DNA of 64,000 nt from Candidatus Woesebacteria bacterium (GCA_003484955.1 DMZH01000002.1:14825-78824), one strand, 5' to 3'; counted from the stretch's first letter, positions 1 through 9,435 are shown. Program-made: numbers and translations. The notes: generated by a model not told the origin, from the letters alone.

Positions 1-330
1 TATGCTCCGATAGTAGATCTGCGGCCGGAAAGTGCAACTTTCGGAAAAGTTGAATATATAACAATTGATAACACCAGAGAGGATTCGAAAAGGCAAGCTC
101 TTTTTTTGCCGAAAGGGGGAATCGGAAATTCAATATGCGTGTTGGGTACGGAGCCGCTTCACTATATGTATTTAGTTGACGAGTACTGGGATGACACGAA
201 AGCGAAAGGTGTTGCCTGGGATGATCCGGATTTAAATATTAAATGGCCGGTAGAAAACCCAATTCTTTCAGAGAGGGATAAGAATAACCCAACCCTAAGA
301 CAGCTCTTTCCAGAAAAATTTTCCAAATGA
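1..330 (+). CDS. rmlC: dTDP-4-dehydrorhamnose 3,5-epimerase, C-terminal part (5' end lies outside the window)
   Basis: Frame 1 is open from nt 1 to the stop at 328-330. The translation YAPIVDLRPESATFGKVEYITIDNTREDSKRQALFLPKGGIGNSICVLG...VAWDDPDLNIKWPV matches the RmlC cupin C-terminus (WDDP...W-P motif). Directly followed by rmlD. Confidence 0.8.
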   Translation, partial: YAPIVDLRPESATFGKVEYITIDNTREDSKRQALFLPKGGIGNSICVLGTEPLHYMYLVDEYWDDTKAKGVAWDDPDLNIKWPVENPILSERDKNNPTLRQLFPEKFSK

Positions 331-1226
331 AAAAAATATTAATAATTGGAGGGAGTGGTATGGTTGCTTCAAGGTTTATCGTTCTAGCAAAGGACAGGTT
401 TGATATTACATCCGCCGACGAAAAAACCCTGGACATTACAAAAAGCGGTGATATTGAGGCGTACTTTGAGAAAAATACTTTTGACACTGTAATTAATTTT
501 GCTGCCTTCACAAATGTTGATGCTGCGGAAGTGCAAAAAGGGGACGAAGGTGGACTTGTCTGGAAGCTAAACGTAGAGGGTCCGAGATCTCTGGCTAAAG
601 TCTGTTTCGATAAAAATATATTTTTAATTCATATCTCTACCGATTTTGTGTTTCCGGGAAATGAGAAAAACCCCGGACCGTACTCTGAGGACACAGCCTT
701 ACCGGCAAACTCCGAGGGAATAGGATGGTATGGATGGACAAAAAACAAAGCAGAGAGAGTGATAGTCGATTCAGGGTGTAAATATGCAATTATCAGATAT
801 GGATATCCGTTCAGAGCAGATAAATACGACCTTAAGCTAGATTGGGCAAGAAATTTGCTCAATTTATATGATGAACATAAAATGTATTCACTGTTTACAG
901 ATCAAGCGCAAAGTATAGTTTTTATAGACGATTTAGTGAATCCGCTCGAAAAAATTATTGATGAAAAGATTGAAGGAGTGCTTCATATTGCCTCGGAAAA
1001 CACAACAACACCCCATGAGTCCGGATCGTATTTACTGGAAAGGTATGCAGGCAAGCCTGTTGAAATTCAAGAAGGTTCCATGGTTGAGTTTTTGAAATCT
1101 CCCGGGAGGACTCCCAGACCGCGCCTTGGAGGACTAAAAGTTGAAAAAACAGAAAAGTTGTTGGGAATGAAGTTCAAAACCTGGCAGGAAATGATAGATG
1201 AATTTATCACACAGCTAAATTCCTGA
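327..1226 (+). CDS. rmlD: dTDP-4-dehydrorhamnose reductase
   Basis: N-terminal Rossmann motif IIGGSGMVASR. The stretch INFAAFTNVDAAE...IHISTDFVFPG...PYSEDT...YGWTK is typical of RmlD/RfbD. ATGA overlap with rmlC. Confidence 0.85.
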   Translation: MKKILIIGGSGMVASRFIVLAKDRFDITSADEKTLDITKSGDIEAYFEKNTFDTVINFAAFTNVDAAEVQKGDEGGLVWKLNVEGPRSLAKVCFDKNIFLIHISTDFVFPGNEKNPGPYSEDTALPANSEGIGWYGWTKNKAERVIVDSGCKYAIIRYGYPFRADKYDLKLDWARNLLNLYDEHKMYSLFTDQAQSIVFIDDLVNPLEKIIDEKIEGVLHIASENTTTPHESGSYLLERYAGKPVEIQEGSMVEFLKSPGRTPRPRLGGLKVEKTEKLLGMKFKTWQEMIDEFITQLNS

Positions 1227-1868
1227 TTTTTCCTTTCTCCATTTTTTAATTTCTTTGTGGTTGCCCGAAAGAAGAACTTTAGGTACGTTCCATTTTTTAT
1301 ATTTTTCCGGTCTGGTGTACTGCGGATATTCCAGATAGCCCGGTTCTTTGTGGGATTCATCAACCGAAGACTCATCTTTACCAAGAACACCGGGGATTAA
1401 ACGAATTATCGAATCGGTTAAAACCATTGACGGAATTTCTCCCCCCGTAAGTACGTAATCTCCGATAGATATAACTTCGTCAACAAGTTCTTCATGCACC
1501 CTGTGGTCCACACCTTCGTAATGTCCGGCTATTAAAATCAAGTGATCGGCTTTGGAGAGTTCCCGTGCTTTCTGTTGCGTGTATCTCTCACCTGTTGCGT
1601 CCAATAAAATAACTTTAGATTTTTCATTTTTAATTTTTGATTTGAGATCGTGTAATGCACGATCTAGTATGTCAACGCGGAGAACCATTCCAACCCCGCC
1701 CCCGTATGGCCTGTCATCAACGTCGCTCCTTTTTCCCTCGCCCCAATTCCTTAAGTTGTGAACATTAATCTCCAAAAGTCCCTTTGATTGGGCACGTTTG
1801 ATGATGGAGGCACTGAAAGGCCCCGTAAACATTTCCGGAAAAAGCGTCAAGACATCTATTTTTATCAT
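1215..1868 (-). CDS. trmD: tRNA (guanine37-N1)-methyltransferase
   Basis: IDVLTLFPEMFTGPF...DDRPYGGGVGMVL...ISIGDYVLTGGE is the SPOUT TrmD signature. Lies convergent to rmlD with a 12-nt 3' overlap. Confidence 0.88.
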   Translation of the reverse strand: MIKIDVLTLFPEMFTGPFSASIIKRAQSKGLLEINVHNLRNWGEGKRSDVDDRPYGGGVGMVLRVDILDRALHDLKSKIKNEKSKVILLDATGERYTQQKARELSKADHLILIAGHYEGVDHRVHEELVDEVISIGDYVLTGGEIPSMVLTDSIIRLIPGVLGKDESSVDESHKEPGYLEYPQYTRPEKYKKWNVPKVLLSGNHKEIKKWRKEKSGI

Positions 1869-1942
1869 AACTTCATAGGTTGACAGGCTTTGCTTATCAT
1901 TACTACTGTATTTTAGCAGTAGTTTCAGCTAAAGTTAATTAT

Positions 1943-3094
1943 ATGGAGAAAGTAGTAATTGTAATGCCTGCTTGGAACGAAGTGGAAAACATCAAGAGCA
2001 TGATTGAGGAGTTAACTGAGAAAGAGTTTCCAAAAATTAATGCCGATATGCAGCTTCTTATTGTTGACAACCACTCAACTGATGGGACCCCCGAGGCGGT
2101 GGAAAAGGCCTCCGAGAAACACAAAAACGTTTATATTATCCAGCAAGAAAAGTCCGGACTTGGTTGGGCTTATGTTACAGGGATGCGGTATGCAATGGAA
2201 ACACTTAAAGCGGATGCGATTTTAGAAATGGATGCGGATTTTCAGCACCCGCCACGCTTTGTCAAGCCAATGGTTGAGGCCTATTTAGGAGGGGCGGAAT
2301 ACGCAATAGGCAGCCGTTATATAAAGGGGGGTTCCGTGCCGAAAGAATGGGCAGCAAGCCGCAGGGCAATCAGTTTTTTTGGGAATTTATTTATAAGAAC
2401 AGTGCTTCTTAATTTTAAGATTCACGACTTAACCACAGGTTTCAGATTGACGAAAGTCAACGGAGTCTTGGACAAAATCGATCTGGAAAAACTGCACGAC
2501 TTGAATAGATTCGCCTACAAAGTGGATCTTCTTTATCAATCCCTAAAGAATTCCAAAAAGACGGTGGAAGTTCCTTTGGAGTTCGCATCCCGCACAAAGG
2601 ACAAATCTAAATTTAATTGGAAAGAAATGGTAGCTACCTTCAAGCTTGCAATTATTTTAGGAATTAAAGATAAGCAAAGGTTTATAAAATTTGGAGTGGT
2701 TGGTTTTACGGGGTTTTTGGTCAACTACCTGGGTCTTGAATTTTTAAAGCGTTTGGGACTTACAACTTACTGGGCAACCCTTTTTGCAACTGAAGCGGCA
2801 ATTGTCTCCAACTTTATTTTCAATAATGTCTGGACGTTTAAAGATAAGATTATAACTTCACTTAAAGATGTAGTAGTGCAATTTGCCAAATTCAACCTTT
2901 CTTCACTTTTTGCGGTTATAGTCCAGCCGCTGATTGTTTCCGGAGCAGCAAAACTTTTGGGAGATACATCTGTCGTTCGCTTTGCCGCACTGATCTTTGC
3001 ATTGATATTTGTAATTGTTCCCTATAACTACATTGTCTACAATTTATTCATTTGGAAGACATGGAAACTTCCAAAAGTTTTTGTAAGGAATTAG
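1943..3094 (+). CDS. GT2 polyprenyl-phosphate hexosyltransferase (DPM1/GtrB-like) fused to a C-terminal GtrA-like membrane domain
   Basis: N-terminal part: VIVMPAWNEVENI...LLIVDNHSTDGT...LEMDADFQH...GSRY (DXD, GT2 DPM-synthase-like). C-terminal part has 4 predicted TM segments (FIKFGVVGFTGFLVNYLGLEFL...EAAIVSNFIFNNVWTFKD), as in GtrA-family proteins. Start chosen at ATG 1943. The ORF-track start at 1880 is a TTG that coincides with a TTGACA -35-like box. Confidence 0.8.
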   Translation: MEKVVIVMPAWNEVENIKSMIEELTEKEFPKINADMQLLIVDNHSTDGTPEAVEKASEKHKNVYIIQQEKSGLGWAYVTGMRYAMETLKADAILEMDADFQHPPRFVKPMVEAYLGGAEYAIGSRYIKGGSVPKEWAASRRAISFFGNLFIRTVLLNFKIHDLTTGFRLTKVNGVLDKIDLEKLHDLNRFAYKVDLLYQSLKNSKKTVEVPLEFASRTKDKSKFNWKEMVATFKLAIILGIKDKQRFIKFGVVGFTGFLVNYLGLEFLKRLGLTTYWATLFATEAAIVSNFIFNNVWTFKDKIITSLKDVVVQFAKFNLSSLFAVIVQPLIVSGAAKLLGDTSVVRFAALIFALIFVIVPYNYIVYNLFIWKTWKLPKVFVRN

Positions 3095-3112
3095 AACTGG
3101 CCTCTGAAGCAT

Positions 3113-3505
3113 TTAATCCGCGGTCAAAGAAGCGCTGTAAATCATCTGTTCTTTCAGTTCCACGGCGGTCTCCGTATGTGCGTTAACGGGAATTTCATTT
3201 TCGCCAATTAGAGCCTCATTTTTTAGAGTTTGTGAATGAGATATCACGTCTCTAGCATTTGGATTTTGAAGACCTCCATTATATCCGAGACCGGTAATTC
3301 TCGCTGAAGAATTTACTGCGTTGCTATTTTGTGTAATGGTTTTTTCTACTCTCCAACCTCTGGAAACTTGATACTTGTCCGATTTTACTCCGCAATCGGG
3401 ACAGACATCTCTGGGAGGAAAGCTCGGCTCATCACAGTTTGAACAAACACTTCCAGCCAACAGATATCTTTGTGGGTTTGTTCTCCAATGTCTGGGGACT
3501 TCCAT
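3113..3505 (-). CDS. C4 zinc-ribbon protein (COG1545/DUF35-N-like ribbon), function unknown
   Basis: RTNPQRYLLAGSVCSNCDEPSFPPRDVCPDCG gives CxxC...CxxC with the FPPR spacing seen in DUF35-type Zn ribbons. The rest is low-complexity with no OB-fold signature. Confidence 0.5.
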   Translation of the reverse strand: MEVPRHWRTNPQRYLLAGSVCSNCDEPSFPPRDVCPDCGVKSDKYQVSRGWRVEKTITQNSNAVNSSARITGLGYNGGLQNPNARDVISHSQTLKNEALIGENEIPVNAHTETAVELKEQMIYSASLTAD

Positions 3506-3554
3506 ATAGTTCGATAACTTATTAGTCGGAAATTGTCTTAAAAACCCACGGAGA

Positions 3555-4721
3555 TTACAGAAATGGAGCCCAATTGCTGATCGGCATTACATTTTGGGAA
3601 ATGAAAGCGAGGGAATAAAGGTAGATTGGAATTAGAATAATTCCCAAAGCAATTTTGACCTCTTTCTTAACCAGGAAATCCGAAAAGGCTACAAAAAGGA
3701 ACGGTACTGCCGGAAGAAAATATCTCAAAATGTCTCTGTGGGCGACGAATAAAATCATAAAGTAAAAAAGACCGGTAAAAGAAGCCAGTTCCAATTCTTT
3801 TTTCTGAATTAGTTTGTAAATACCAATTGCGCCAATTGTGTAAATGAATATTATCTCCTCAAGCCAAAAAGTTCCCACCCAGGGAGCAGAAAAGTTGAAT
3901 ATCTGGAAAGGAGGAAAACCCAGATGAATATTGTCCCCGGAGTGGAAATAAGCGAAGAAGTCACCAATTGTGAATTTATAAAAGACAAATACAAGAAGTA
4001 AACCAATCGGAATCAACAAAAGCGGATATGTCCTTTTCAAATTAAAGCTGACCCTTTTCTTTTGAATGGATCCAATAAGATAAAAAATTATGTAAGAGAC
4101 AAAAAGAAGTATTCCAGGTGACTTTGTGAATGTCGCAGCAACTCCCCATAAAGCCGCCGGCCAAAATTTTTTGTTTTTGAAAAAGTAAATCGAAGCCAAA
4201 ATACCGGCAATAAATAACGGGTCGGCGGAGCCTACTGACCTGACAATCAGCCATCTTGCTGGAAGTATTGAGAAAAGGAATGTCAAAAATATAGCGCTTT
4301 TACTGTCGACGAATTGAGATATAAGTTTTTTAAAGAAATAAATAGCAAGAGCGGAGGAGAGAAGTGTAACTATAAGCATTGCATAAGGATAATTAATGAG
4401 TATTCCAAAAACTTTTATCAAAAGAGGGAAGAGCGGGAAATGTGCCGCATAATACTCGGTTGGCAGGGGGAATTGAAAATTAGCCTTAATTAAATCCTGG
4501 TTGTACAAAGTTTTGGCAGCAACCAGATAGAGAGGGCCGTCGTAATTCGCGACGATCGTAGCCATGCCGTTTTGCGGGAGAGGGATAGTCCAAAAAGAAT
4601 CGAACCTGAATAAAAATGGCAACCAGATCAAAACCACCGGAATCAGAGAAAACGCCAGAATTAAAAGGAGTTCGTTAACCTTTTTCTTCATTAGAATGAT
4701 ATTAGCATGAGATAAGGCCAA
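3555..4721 (-). CDS. polytopic membrane protein, GT-C-like (GT87/DUF2029-like?)
   Basis: About 10 hydrophobic segments. First loop contains ANYDGPLYLVAAK with an Asp. Alternative start at MKKKV (4691). Divergent from the GT2 gene at 4739. Confidence 0.55.
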   Translation of the reverse strand: MALSHANIILMKKKVNELLLILAFSLIPVVLIWLPFLFRFDSFWTIPLPQNGMATIVANYDGPLYLVAAKTLYNQDLIKANFQFPLPTEYYAAHFPLFPLLIKVFGILINYPYAMLIVTLLSSALAIYFFKKLISQFVDSKSAIFLTFLFSILPARWLIVRSVGSADPLFIAGILASIYFFKNKKFWPAALWGVAATFTKSPGILLFVSYIIFYLIGSIQKKRVSFNLKRTYPLLLIPIGLLLVFVFYKFTIGDFFAYFHSGDNIHLGFPPFQIFNFSAPWVGTFWLEEIIFIYTIGAIGIYKLIQKKELELASFTGLFYFMILFVAHRDILRYFLPAVPFLFVAFSDFLVKKEVKIALGIILIPIYLYSLAFISQNVMPISNWAPFL

Positions 4722-4738
4722 TATGCTAGACTTCGTAT

Positions 4739-5449
4739 GTGAACACTCTGATTAAAGAATTATCTATTTTCCTTCCCACATATAACGAAGAAGGAAGTAT
4801 TGAAAAAGTAGTTAAAAATACTGCAGAAGCTGCTGCCAGAAATGCTGAAAAATGGGAATTGATAGTGGTTGATGACGGCTCCACCGACTCCACGAACAAA
4901 ATTGTCGCAAAAATTACTGAATCGAATAAAAACATAAGGATTATTAAACACGAGAAGAATCTTGGCTATGGAGCATCTCTAAAAACAGGCTTTTATAACT
5001 CAAAATATGATTGGATTTCTTTTATCGATTCCGATGGCCAGTTTGATTTTTCGGAAGTTGGTAAATTCATTGAAAAACAAAAAGAAACGGGCGCAGATTT
5101 GGTAATCGGCTACTACAAAAAAAGGAGAGTTTCTTTTACGAAAGTCGTTACCAGTAAAGTTTGGGAAGCGTTTGTCTTTATTCTGTTTGGGCTGAAGGTT
5201 CATGATATTGACTGCGGTTTTAAGTTGGTTTCCAAAAAAGTAATTGAAAGTATTCCGAAATTGGAAAGCGAAAGAGGAGCGTTCATTACCAGTGAATTTT
5301 TAATAAAAGCTAAAAAGAAAGGATTTAAATTTGCCGAAGTTCCCGTAACTCATTATCCAAGATTAAAAGGTCAGGGAACCGGGAGAAAATTGAACGTAAT
5401 TATTGAAAGTTTTATTGACCTTCTAAGACTGTGGAAAAAACTAAGATGA
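4739..5449 (+). CDS. GT2 polyprenyl-phosphate hexose synthase (DPM1-like)
   Basis: LSIFLPTYNEEGSI...LIVVDDGSTDST...FIDSDGQFD...CGFKL. GTG start as given by the ORF track. Stop overlaps the start of the next GT-C gene (ATGA). Confidence 0.8.
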   Translation: MNTLIKELSIFLPTYNEEGSIEKVVKNTAEAAARNAEKWELIVVDDGSTDSTNKIVAKITESNKNIRIIKHEKNLGYGASLKTGFYNSKYDWISFIDSDGQFDFSEVGKFIEKQKETGADLVIGYYKKRRVSFTKVVTSKVWEAFVFILFGLKVHDIDCGFKLVSKKVIESIPKLESERGAFITSEFLIKAKKKGFKFAEVPVTHYPRLKGQGTGRKLNVIIESFIDLLRLWKKLR

Positions 5450-6975
5450 AATCCAAAATTGCCGATTTTGTCAAAAAAAACAGAAAAGAACTGATAGTTA
5501 TCGGATTGATTTTACTAATCGGGGCATTTTTCAGACTATACAAAATCAGTTCTTATATGACTTTTTTGGGAGATGAAGGACGGGATGTAATAATAGTCAG
5601 GAGAATTTTTACAGAACTTCACCCGCCCCTTATCGGTCCAGGAACGTCAGTTGGGGGTATGTATCTGGGCCCCCTTTATTACTACATGATGGCAATTCCG
5701 CTTCTTATTGCGGGGTTTTCCCCGGTCGGGCCAGCAGTGATGGTTGCCTTACTTGGGGTTGCCACGATTGCCTTTATCTGGTGGGCAGGAAGGGTTTGGT
5801 TTGATAAAAGAGCAGGTCTTATTGCGGCAGGGCTTTATGCAGTTTCGCCAACCGCGATTATTTTTGCCCACTCTTCATGGAATCCGAATATCATGCCATT
5901 CTTTGCCATCCTTTCAATTTATTCTATTTGGAAAGTTTGGAAGCAAAAGAATTTAAGTTGGTTGATTGTTTTGGGAATATCCTTTGCTTTTGTTCTTCAG
6001 TCTCACTATCTGGGGCTATTGCTGGCTCCGACAATTCTTGTATTCTGGTTTTTGACATTCAGAGAACTTAGAAAAAAGAAACAGTTTAAATTTTTTATTA
6101 AAAAGTCTGTTCTCGGTTTGGTCTGTTTTTTGGTTTTAATGAGCCCGCTTTTGATATTTGATTTTAGGCATAATTTTTTAAATACAAAAGCAATTTATAA
6201 ATTTTTTATAGAGCGCCAAACAAATTTTTCTTCAAGTCCAGGATCGGCAATATTCCAAATGCCAGAGATATTTAACTTTATTAATAAAAGTCTAATTGCC
6301 GGAAAAAACTCCATGGCTGCAATTGTATCCTCTGTTGTTATTGCGGCGGGTATAACTTATGCGTTTGTTGAAAATTTTGTCAAAAGGAAAAACCTCAAAA
6401 TTAAAGTAGAATATTGGCTTCTTTTTTCCTGGCTGGGATTTGGTCTTATCGGTCTTGGTCTTTATAAACAAAGTATTTATGATCATTATCTTGGATTCCT
6501 TTTTCCGGTTCCATTCATATTAATTGGAGTTATTGTTTCAAAGTTAATGTCTAAGAATATTTTTACAAAAATTATCGGATGGGCTTTCCTGATTTATTTA
6601 ATCGGGATTAACTTTGCAGAAAATCCATTAAGAAAAGAGCCCAATAGATTGATGCAAAGAAGTATGGATGTTTCGAGGTTGGTTTTGAATAATGTGGATG
6701 GCAAGCCATTTAATTTGGCGGTATTGGCGGAGAGGAATTACGAAGACGGATACAGATATTTCCTTGAACTTTGGGGTGGGGAAGTGCTGCATGCAGACAG
6801 ATGGGATCCGTCAACAATTTCGGATCAGCTTATTGTTGTTTGTGAAAATGAGCCTGCCAAATGCGATCCGACACACTCACCAAAAGCAGAGGTTGCAAAT
6901 TTCGGGATGACGAAGATTGATAAACAGTGGGAGGTTGACGGGGTTATAATATACAAATTGGTTCACACACAATGA
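5446..6975 (+). CDS. GT-C fold membrane glycosyltransferase, ArnT/PMT-like (subfamily with a D-E/Q-G-R-D motif)
   Basis: About 12 TM segments. First periplasmic loop reads FLGDEGRDVIIV...LIGPGTSVGGMYLGPLYYY. Paralogous to 7939 and 20080. Start at the ATGA overlap (5446) rather than 5431. Confidence 0.75.
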   Translation: MKSKIADFVKKNRKELIVIGLILLIGAFFRLYKISSYMTFLGDEGRDVIIVRRIFTELHPPLIGPGTSVGGMYLGPLYYYMMAIPLLIAGFSPVGPAVMVALLGVATIAFIWWAGRVWFDKRAGLIAAGLYAVSPTAIIFAHSSWNPNIMPFFAILSIYSIWKVWKQKNLSWLIVLGISFAFVLQSHYLGLLLAPTILVFWFLTFRELRKKKQFKFFIKKSVLGLVCFLVLMSPLLIFDFRHNFLNTKAIYKFFIERQTNFSSSPGSAIFQMPEIFNFINKSLIAGKNSMAAIVSSVVIAAGITYAFVENFVKRKNLKIKVEYWLLFSWLGFGLIGLGLYKQSIYDHYLGFLFPVPFILIGVIVSKLMSKNIFTKIIGWAFLIYLIGINFAENPLRKEPNRLMQRSMDVSRLVLNNVDGKPFNLAVLAERNYEDGYRYFLELWGGEVLHADRWDPSTISDQLIVVCENEPAKCDPTHSPKAEVANFGMTKIDKQWEVDGVIIYKLVHTQ

Positions 6976-7955
6976 ATTACAAAGAATCATCCTTAATACT
7001 GAAAGAAATAAAAAAAGCCGACAAAATTTTAATTAATTGCCATAGAGGGCCGGATTCCGACTCTGTGGGTTCTGCTTTAGCCCTGTCAGGTGTTTTAAAG
7101 AATTTGGGAAAAGAAGTCGCAGTTATTTGTCCGAGCGACTTGCCTTCCGATTTGATGTTTTTAAAAGGCGCTAATGAGGTAATAAGGGTTAACTTTACTT
7201 CATTTGATTTTTCCGAGTATGACCTTTTTGTAATTCTTGACTCTTCAACTTACTCCATGGTTACGGGCTTAAAGGATTCTGACAAACCCGGCATCAACTC
7301 GGTGGTTATTGATCATCATATTTCAAACGAAAAATTCGGGAACATAAACTTGATTGACGCTAAAACAACGTCAACGGGGGAGCTTCTTTATAAAGTTTTT
7401 GAGGATTGGAAAATTGATTTTGATAAATTTGTCGCCGAGAGTCTTTTAACCGGAATAATTGGAGATACCGGAACTTTCCAATATCAAAATGTAGGAAAAG
7501 AAACTCTTAGAATTGCCGCGGACCTGATCGAAAAAGGTGCCGACAAAGACAAAATTGTTTACAACCTCTACAGAAATATAGAATTCAGGGAAGTAAAGAT
7601 GTGGGGTAAATTTATTGAAAGCATGATGATTGAAGACAGGTTTGTCTGGTCTGCAGTTCCGCTTTCGGTCTACAAAGATTTTGGCGAATATACCTATGCC
7701 AAAGAAGATGTGGCCAATTTATTTTCCCCAATTGTTAAGGGAACCGAGTTTGGAATCATTATGATCGAAACATCCGAAAATATTCTTTCTGTAAGTTTCA
7801 GATCCAGAACCGGCTTCGATGTCTCAAAAGTTGCAAATGAGGTTGGTGGAGGCGGTCACAAAGCCGCTGCGGGAGCAAGGATTGAAGGGTTACCGTTTCA
7901 GGAAGCTGTCAATAAAGTGCTCACAGTTGCCCGAAAGTATGTTCAAAAGAATTAA
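6972..7955 (+). CDS. nrnA: DHH/DHHA1 phosphoesterase, NrnA-like oligoribonuclease/pAp phosphatase
   Basis: ILINCHRGPDSDSVGSALAL, VIDHH and C-terminal GGGHKAAAG (DHHA1). Overlapped by the flanking genes on both sides. Confidence 0.85.
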   Translation: MNYKESSLILKEIKKADKILINCHRGPDSDSVGSALALSGVLKNLGKEVAVICPSDLPSDLMFLKGANEVIRVNFTSFDFSEYDLFVILDSSTYSMVTGLKDSDKPGINSVVIDHHISNEKFGNINLIDAKTTSTGELLYKVFEDWKIDFDKFVAESLLTGIIGDTGTFQYQNVGKETLRIAADLIEKGADKDKIVYNLYRNIEFREVKMWGKFIESMMIEDRFVWSAVPLSVYKDFGEYTYAKEDVANLFSPIVKGTEFGIIMIETSENILSVSFRSRTGFDVSKVANEVGGGGHKAAAGARIEGLPFQEAVNKVLTVARKYVQKN

Positions 7956-9435
7956 AAATTTTTTCTCTACAGAAAATATTTTGGTCTCAGTCGGTTTGAT
8001 AGCTGCTTTTGTAATCAGGGTTTTTAGGATTGATCAAACTTTAGGTTTTTATTATGACCAAGGCAGGGACGCTTCGGTTATTTGGGATTTAATTTATAAG
8101 GGAAAATTGTTTTTGATAGGCCCCACCACCGGCCTTCCCGGGGTTTTCCGTGGACCCTACTATTACTATTTGATTGCGCCCTTTTATTGGTTGGGAAATG
8201 GAAACCCTATCTGGCCGTATGTTTTTTTGACGTTCACAACCGTTCTTGCAATAGCTTTAATCTACTATTTAGGAAAAAAAATTCAGGATAGAACGACAGG
8301 TGTAATTGCTGCGGTCATTGCTGCGTTTTCATTTAACATTTTCCTTGCGTCCAGATGGCTTTCAAATCCAACTCCAATGCTTTTACTTTCTTTAATTCTG
8401 GTTTGGGGCATGATTAAAGTAACAGAAGGAAAAAGATGGACATGGTCGATTATTGCCACCGTTGCAGGACTGTCCCTTTTTAGCTTTGGATCTTCCGGGG
8501 AATTCTTTTATTTGCCGGCTCTGGCAATTTTCTTAGTTTGGCAGTGGAAAAACAGACCCAATCTAAAGAACCTTGTTTTATCTATTTTTTTGTTTATCTT
8601 AACTTTTGCGCCACTGGTTTTGTTTGATTTAAGGCATCAAAACATTCTTTTAAATAATTTGTTTGGAACTTTCGGTGTTGGAAGCGGAAGTTTTGGAGTT
8701 CCGACTTTGGATTTCATTAAATCCAGAACTGCGGCGTATTTTGGCATTTTTACAAATAAAATCTTTCAATCCAGCAGTAATCTTAACTCCATAGTGTTGG
8801 TGATTACCGGAATCTCGTTTTTGGCGTTTTTGCCAAAGCTATTCAAGAATAGCAAGACCAAGATAATCCTGCTCCTTTTAGGATCTGCCGTCCTTGGTCT
8901 TTACTTTTATCGTGGAAATTATGGAATTTTATATGATTACTATATGACCGGATATTATTTGATTTTTATTTTGCTTTTTGCAATTGTCTTGGGACAAATC
9001 TGGAAATATAGAATTGGTAAGATTTTTATTGCAGTCTTTTTTATCTTATTTTTTATGAATAATATTCCACATATTAGGGGAAGAATGAATGACGAATGTA
9101 ATGTGTCCGAGAGTATTTGTCTACTAAACCAAAAGCAAGCCATTGATTGGATATATGAGGATGCCGGCAATAGAGATTTTAATGTTGATGTTTATGTTCC
9201 ACCTGTAATTCCATATGCATATAATTATTTATTTACCTGGCTTGGTACTACAAAATATGAAAAGATGCCTCAGGACAACCAGATTCCACTGTTATATACT
9301 TTATATGAAGTTGATCCTCCGCACCCTGAACGTTTACAGGCCTGGATTGATAGACAAAAGGGTATTGGGAATATAATAAAAGAGGAGAAATTCGGCGGCA
9401 TAGTTGTTCAGGAGAGACAAAGGATAAAAAAATGA
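7939..9435 (+). CDS. GT-C fold membrane glycosyltransferase, ArnT/PMT-like (paralogue of 5446)
   Basis: FYYDQGRDASVIWDL...LIGPTTGLPGVFRGPYYYY. Polytopic. Start taken at MFKRIKNFF (7939), overlapping the nrnA 3' end. Confidence 0.7.
   Translation: MFKRIKNFFSTENILVSVGLIAAFVIRVFRIDQTLGFYYDQGRDASVIWDLIYKGKLFLIGPTTGLPGVFRGPYYYYLIAPFYWLGNGNPIWPYVFLTFTTVLAIALIYYLGKKIQDRTTGVIAAVIAAFSFNIFLASRWLSNPTPMLLLSLILVWGMIKVTEGKRWTWSIIATVAGLSLFSFGSSGEFFYLPALAIFLVWQWKNRPNLKNLVLSIFLFILTFAPLVLFDLRHQNILLNNLFGTFGVGSGSFGVPTLDFIKSRTAAYFGIFTNKIFQSSSNLNSIVLVITGISFLAFLPKLFKNSKTKIILLLLGSAVLGLYFYRGNYGILYDYYMTGYYLIFILLFAIVLGQIWKYRIGKIFIAVFFILFFMNNIPHIRGRMNDECNVSESICLLNQKQAIDWIYEDAGNRDFNVDVYVPPVIPYAYNYLFTWLGTTKYEKMPQDNQIPLLYTLYEVDPPHPERLQAWIDRQKGIGNIIKEEKFGGIVVQERQRIKK

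Noticed and set aside
1880-1942. ORF-track extension of the GT2-GtrA gene from a TTG at 1880 (MTGFAYHYY...)
   Set aside because: The TTG is part of a TTGACA hexamer (1880-1885) in the divergent trmD/GT2 spacer and looks like a -35 box. The conserved GT2 N-terminus begins at the ATG at 1943.
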